From Fidelibacterota bacterium (GTDB lineage Bacteria; Fidelibacterota; Marinisomatia; Marinisomatales; S15-B10), in the NCBI GenBank assembly GCA_046861655.1, contig JBHIAI010000056.1, positions 1 through 11,058 on the forward strand: a stretch of DNA of 11,058 bases, written 5' to 3'. The first letter of the stretch is position 1. Each line of letters opens with the position of its first letter. The notes under the pieces were generated by a model that worked only from the letters and a program-made list of their open reading frames with translations, was not told where the DNA came from and did not search any database. Shown one piece after another: positions 7,461 through 11,058 of this stretch. Both the position numbers and the translations under genes were made by a program.

Positions 7461-8128
7461 GCGGTGAGGGAGCATCCACCCGGGAACTGGTTCGACGGTA
7501 CCTTTTCCAGGTACGGGAACTTTACGGGGACCAGGTCCTTGTGGCGGAACTTCCTCCGTGGCTGTCATCTTCTGGTTTCACCTCCCTGGCAGAATTCGAA
7601 AAAGCCATCTGCCGGTGTCAGAAATGCCCTCTCGGTCAAAGCAGGACCCAGTTCGTATTCGGCGTCGGAAACCCACGGGCCCGCCTGGTCCTGGTGGGTG
7701 AGGCCCCGGGGCGGGAGGAAGATTTGAAGGGAGAACCTTTCGTGGGGAGGGCCGGTCAACTTCTGGACAAGATCCTAAAGGCCATAGATCTGACACGGAA
7801 AGACGTCTACATATGCAATGTGATCAAGTGCAGGCCCCCGGGGAACCGGACGCCGGTCCAGGAGGAGATTGACACCTGTCTTCCCTACCTTGAGGAGCAG
7901 TTGCGGATGATTGACCCCCGGTTGATTGTGGCGCTGGGTGGGGTGGCGGCTCACACCCTTCTCTCTGTGAAGACCCCCATCGGGAAGCTCCGTTCCAGAC
8001 TCTGGAAATGGGGGAAGACCGACGTTCTTGTCACCTATCATCCTGCGGCCCTCTTGAGGAACGAAGGATTAAAACGCCCGGCCTGGGACGATTTCCAGGC
8101 GGTTCGCCGTCTCCTGGAGGGGCAATAG
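7457..8128 (+). CDS. Uracil-DNA glycosylase, family 4 ([4Fe-4S] type, 223 aa)
   Basis: CQKC, VFGVGNP, motif A LVGEAPGREED..GEPFVGRAGQLL, YICNVIKCRPPGNRTP, C in DTCLPYL, motif B TYHPAALLRN. GTGA overlap with the rpoZ stop. Confidence 0.95.
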   Translation: MSGEGASTRELVRRYLFQVRELYGDQVLVAELPPWLSSSGFTSLAEFEKAICRCQKCPLGQSRTQFVFGVGNPRARLVLVGEAPGREEDLKGEPFVGRAGQLLDKILKAIDLTRKDVYICNVIKCRPPGNRTPVQEEIDTCLPYLEEQLRMIDPRLIVALGGVAAHTLLSVKTPIGKLRSRLWKWGKTDVLVTYHPAALLRNEGLKRPAWDDFQAVRRLLEGQ

Positions 8129-8129
8129 G

Positions 8130-9506
8130 ATGGCCCGGAAGAGGGACGCCACCCCCGGTCTCAACCTGAAGGCACCCCCTCAGGCTCTGGAGGCGGAGCA
8201 GGCTGTTCTTGGAGCTATGCTCTCCTCAAAAGAGGCGGTGAGCCGGGTCCTTGAGATTCTGGGGACGGATACTTTTTACAAGGAGGGTCACGGCAGGATC
8301 TTCCAGACCATGGTGGATCTTTTCACGGCGGGCGATCCCATCGATGTAGTCTCCGTCACCAACGAGTTGAAGCGCAAAAAGGAGCTGGATGCCTGTGGAG
8401 GATCCTACTACATCACGGGTCTGTCCGAGAGTGTTCCCACTTCGGCCAATGTGGATCATTATGCCCGGATCGTACTGGAAAAGGCCAGTCTACGAAGGCT
8501 CATCGATGTGGCTGCGGAGTTGTCCCAGAGTGCCTACAATGACCAGGAGGATGTGGGGAACATTCTGGACCGGGCGGAACAGCGCATCTTTGCCATATCC
8601 CAGAAGCGCCTGACAGGAGGATTCCGTCACCTGGACCCCATTCTCAAGGATACGTTCGATGAGTTGGACCGGATCCATCAAAAACCCGGCTCGGTGACCG
8701 GGGTCCCTTCCGGTCTGGTAGATCTGGATGAAATAACCTCGGGATTTCAGAACGGCGAGCTCATCATCGTTGCCGGTCGACCCAGCATGGGGAAGACGGC
8801 CTTCATCGTCGGTCTCGCTCGAAATGCGGCTGTCGATCACAAAATTCCCGTGGGTATTTTCAGCCTGGAAATGTCAAACACTCAGCTGGCCCAGAGGCTT
8901 CTTTGTTCTGAAGCTAAAGTGGACAGTCACCTGGTAAGAACGGGGAAACTCCCGAAAGCGCAGTGGCGCAACCTTTCCCTGTCGGTGGGGAGGCTGGCGG
9001 AAGCTCCCGTTTTCCTGGATGACTCCGCTGCCATCGGAATCACAGAATTGCGGGCAAAGGCCCGGCGTTTGAAGGCGGAAAAAGACGTTCAGCTCCTGAT
9101 CGTGGACTATCTCCAGCTGATGAGGGGTCCCCCATCGGTGGAATCCCGGCAGCAGGAGATTTCCCTCATTTCCCGGTCTCTGAAGGCCCTGGCGAAGGAG
9201 ATAAACGTCCCCATCGTTGCCGTTTCCCAGCTGTCCCGGGCTCCTGAAGGGAGGAGCGACCAGCGACCCCAGCTATCCGATCTGAGGGAAAGCGGTGCCA
9301 TCGAGCAGGATGCCGATCTGGTCATGTTCATCTACCGGAGTTGGATGTACACCCGCGACGAGGCGGACCGGAACAAGGCCGAAATCCTCGTGGCCAAGCA
9401 GAGAAATGGTCCTATCGGCACCGTGTCTCTGGTCTTTATCGACCGCTACGCCAAGTTTGAGAGTGAAGCCCTCTACGAAGAGGCCGGGACGGAAGTGCCG
9501 TTCTAG
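8130..9506 (+). CDS. dnaB: Replicative DNA helicase DnaB (458 aa, no intein)
   Basis: PPQALEAEQAVLGAML, Walker A AGRPSMGKT, FSLEMS, IVDYLQLM, SRSLKALAKE, SQLSR, LSDLRESGAIEQDAD, AKQRNGP. SD GGAGG at 8116-8120. Confidence 0.98.
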   Translation: MARKRDATPGLNLKAPPQALEAEQAVLGAMLSSKEAVSRVLEILGTDTFYKEGHGRIFQTMVDLFTAGDPIDVVSVTNELKRKKELDACGGSYYITGLSESVPTSANVDHYARIVLEKASLRRLIDVAAELSQSAYNDQEDVGNILDRAEQRIFAISQKRLTGGFRHLDPILKDTFDELDRIHQKPGSVTGVPSGLVDLDEITSGFQNGELIIVAGRPSMGKTAFIVGLARNAAVDHKIPVGIFSLEMSNTQLAQRLLCSEAKVDSHLVRTGKLPKAQWRNLSLSVGRLAEAPVFLDDSAAIGITELRAKARRLKAEKDVQLLIVDYLQLMRGPPSVESRQQEISLISRSLKALAKEINVPIVAVSQLSRAPEGRSDQRPQLSDLRESGAIEQDADLVMFIYRSWMYTRDEADRNKAEILVAKQRNGPIGTVSLVFIDRYAKFESEALYEEAGTEVPF

Positions 9507-9527
9507 GTTCGAATCCTGGACTCCTAA
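9458..9527 (+). other. tRNA-like secondary structure with a perfect T-arm at the dnaB/rel junction (not a canonical tRNA gene)
   Basis: CTAGG-TTCGAAT-CCTGG (9503-9519) is a 5-bp stem with a canonical 7-nt T-loop. Two further hairpins and a closing stem can be drawn by hand (see findings). Confidence 0.35.
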
Positions 9528-11058
9528 ATGAAGATTGCCCACCTCATTCCTACGGTGACGGGATCCTATCCCAAAGATTTCCTGGAACTGGTCCAGGTAT
9601 TGGGCGACAATGGCAGGCTCTCTCAAGATGAAATCACCGCCCAGTTGTGGCCGGCCTACCAGTTCAGCAAGGAACATCACCGGGGGCAGGTGAGGAAGTC
9701 CGGCCGGCCTTTCTTCGATCACTGTTATGCTGTGGCCCATTCCCTGGCCTCGTGGCAGATGGACCTCACCACGGTAAAGGGGGGGATACTGCACGACTGC
9801 CTGGAAGACACCGAGGCGACGTACGAAGACCTGGTCAGGGAGTTTGGCGACGAGCTGGCGGATCTTGTGGAGGGGGTGACCAAGCTGGGAGACGTGAGGT
9901 TTTCAAGCCGGCAGGAAAAACAGGCGGAGAACCTCATGAAAATGCTGCTATCCATGGCCAAGGACATCCGGGTCATCATCATCAAGTTCGCGGACCGGCT
10001 CCACAACATGAGGACCCTTGCGTATCTCCCCTTGATCAAGCAAAGAAGGATTACCGTAGAAACCCGGGACGTGTATGCTCCCCTGGCCCATCGATTGGGC
10101 ATGTATGCTGTGAAGAGCGAACTGGACGACCTGGTGTTCAAATCCCTGGAGCCCCAGGCCTACCGGGCCATTCAGAAGAAGCTCAAAGCCACGGTGGGAT
10201 ACCGGCAGAAGTTTATCCAGGAAATCTCGGTTCCCATTGAGAAGAGCCTGAAGGAGAACGGCATTCCCTACCGGATCACAGGCCGGTTGAAATCCAACGC
10301 GTCCATATACCGGAAAATGGAGGACCGGAATAAGCCCCTGGAGGAGATATACGACATATTCGCCATCCGAATCATCGTGGAGGATGTCCCCCAGTGCTAC
10401 ACGGTGCTGGGCATCGTGCACCAGCTGCACACCCCTGTTCACGACAGGTTCAAGGATTTCATTGCCACGCCCAAGATAAACGGGTATCAATCCCTGCACA
10501 CAACCGTGGTGGGACCCCTGGGAAGGATGGTGGAGATTCAGATCCGGACCGAACAGATGGATCAGACGGCGGAGATCGGAGTGGCTGCCCACTGGAGGTA
10601 CAAGGAACTCAGGAAGGGAGACGGAGATCTGGACAAGCACGTTCAATGGCTTCGGGATCTGGTGACCATCCTTCAGGATGAACCTTCTGATCCCAAAGAG
10701 TTCATGAATCTCCTTCAGATCGACCTGTTTCAGGATGAAGTGTTCGTTTTCACGCCGGCAGGAGATCTGGTCCAACTCCCCGCCGGATCCACCCCCATCG
10801 ATTTTGCCTATTCGGTCCATACGGAGGTGGGTCACCACTGTTTGAGCGCCAAGGTGGACGGGCGGATCGTTCCGCTAAATACGTCTTTGCGGAGCGGACA
10901 GACGGTGGAAATCATCACCTCCGATTCACAGAGTCCCAGCTACGCCTGGTTGAAGGTGGCGCGTTCCAGCAAGGCGAGGACGGCCATCCAGCGCTGGCAC
11001 CGGAGGGTCCAGCGGTTGGAGAGCCTGAAATTGGGCAAGGAAATCCTGGACAAAAGCC
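9528..11058 (+). CDS. rel: Long RelA/SpoT homolog, probably bifunctional (p)ppGpp synthetase/hydrolase; 3'-truncated by the window edge (510 codons visible)
   Basis: My translation from ATG 9528: MKIAHLIPTVTGSYPKDF...HRGQVRKSGRPF, HD motif ILHDCLEDT, LVEGVTKL, IKFADRLHNMRTL, YAPLAHRLG, synthetase GRLKS..SIYRKM, YDIFAIRI, RFKDFIATPKINGYQSLHT, EIQIRT, GVAAHWRYKE, TGS domain VFVFTP..D...LP.GSTPIDFAYSVHTEVG. Absent from the ORF track because there is no stop within the window. Confidence 0.96.
   Translation, partial: MKIAHLIPTVTGSYPKDFLELVQVLGDNGRLSQDEITAQLWPAYQFSKEHHRGQVRKSGRPFFDHCYAVAHSLASWQMDLTTVKGGILHDCLEDTEATYEDLVREFGDELADLVEGVTKLGDVRFSSRQEKQAENLMKMLLSMAKDIRVIIIKFADRLHNMRTLAYLPLIKQRRITVETRDVYAPLAHRLGMYAVKSELDDLVFKSLEPQAYRAIQKKLKATVGYRQKFIQEISVPIEKSLKENGIPYRITGRLKSNASIYRKMEDRNKPLEEIYDIFAIRIIVEDVPQCYTVLGIVHQLHTPVHDRFKDFIATPKINGYQSLHTTVVGPLGRMVEIQIRTEQMDQTAEIGVAAHWRYKELRKGDGDLDKHVQWLRDLVTILQDEPSDPKEFMNLLQIDLFQDEVFVFTPAGDLVQLPAGSTPIDFAYSVHTEVGHHCLSAKVDGRIVPLNTSLRSGQTVEIITSDSQSPSYAWLKVARSSKARTAIQRWHRRVQRLESLKLGKEILDKS

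Noticed and set aside
8130..9506. Intein in DnaB
   Set aside because: 458 aa is the normal length, and the motifs are contiguous with no insertion.
9458..9527. A functional tRNA gene (including tRNA-Sec/selC)
   Set aside because: No U8/A14 or D-loop GG, a 5-nt loop where the anticodon loop should be, no UCA anticodon or long variable arm, no CCA, and overlap with dnaB coding sequence. Kept only as a tRNA-like element.
1122..9785. Homopolymer runs C7 (1122-1128), G7 (6270-6276), G7 (6880-6886), G7 (9779-9785) as phase-variation tracts
   Set aside because: They are short, all leave the frames intact, encode ordinary Gly/Pro codons in housekeeping genes, and are expected at this GC content.
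9948..10838. 296-aa minus-strand ORF (and 9647-10240, 10394-10681 on +)
   Set aside because: Antisense or off-frame shadows of the clearly conserved rel gene; no recognisable motifs.
1..11058. CRISPR array, IS/transposase, integrase, prophage or defence genes
   Set aside because: No periodic repeats, terminal inverted repeats or such protein motifs were seen; nearly all of the sequence is accounted for by housekeeping CDSs.

Overview
GC-rich (roughly 58-60% by eye) bacterial core-genome window. All real genes are on the + strand and tightly packed, often overlapping: 3' tail of an unidentified gene - selB - mutS - PorV/PorQ-like outer-membrane beta-barrel gene - (92-bp AT-rich gap) - yicC - gmk - rpoZ - family-4 uracil-DNA glycosylase - dnaB - long RelA/SpoT homolog (truncated by the window end and missing from the supplied ORF track). 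The PorV-like gene, the style of the omega subunit and the gene order suggest an FCB-superphylum organism, for example Marinimicrobia-like (inference only). I see no mobile element, CRISPR array, defence system or canonical RNA gene. The best non-coding signals are: (1) a tRNA-like cloverleaf with a perfect T-arm (GGTTCGAATCC) that spans the dnaB stop and ends at the rel start codon; (2) a perfect DnaA box plus a degenerate tandem box and an AT-rich tract upstream of the yicC...dnaB-rel block; (3) a SECIS-like hairpin after the selB UGA that also covers the mutS start region. All three are hypotheses from manual reading, not established systems.
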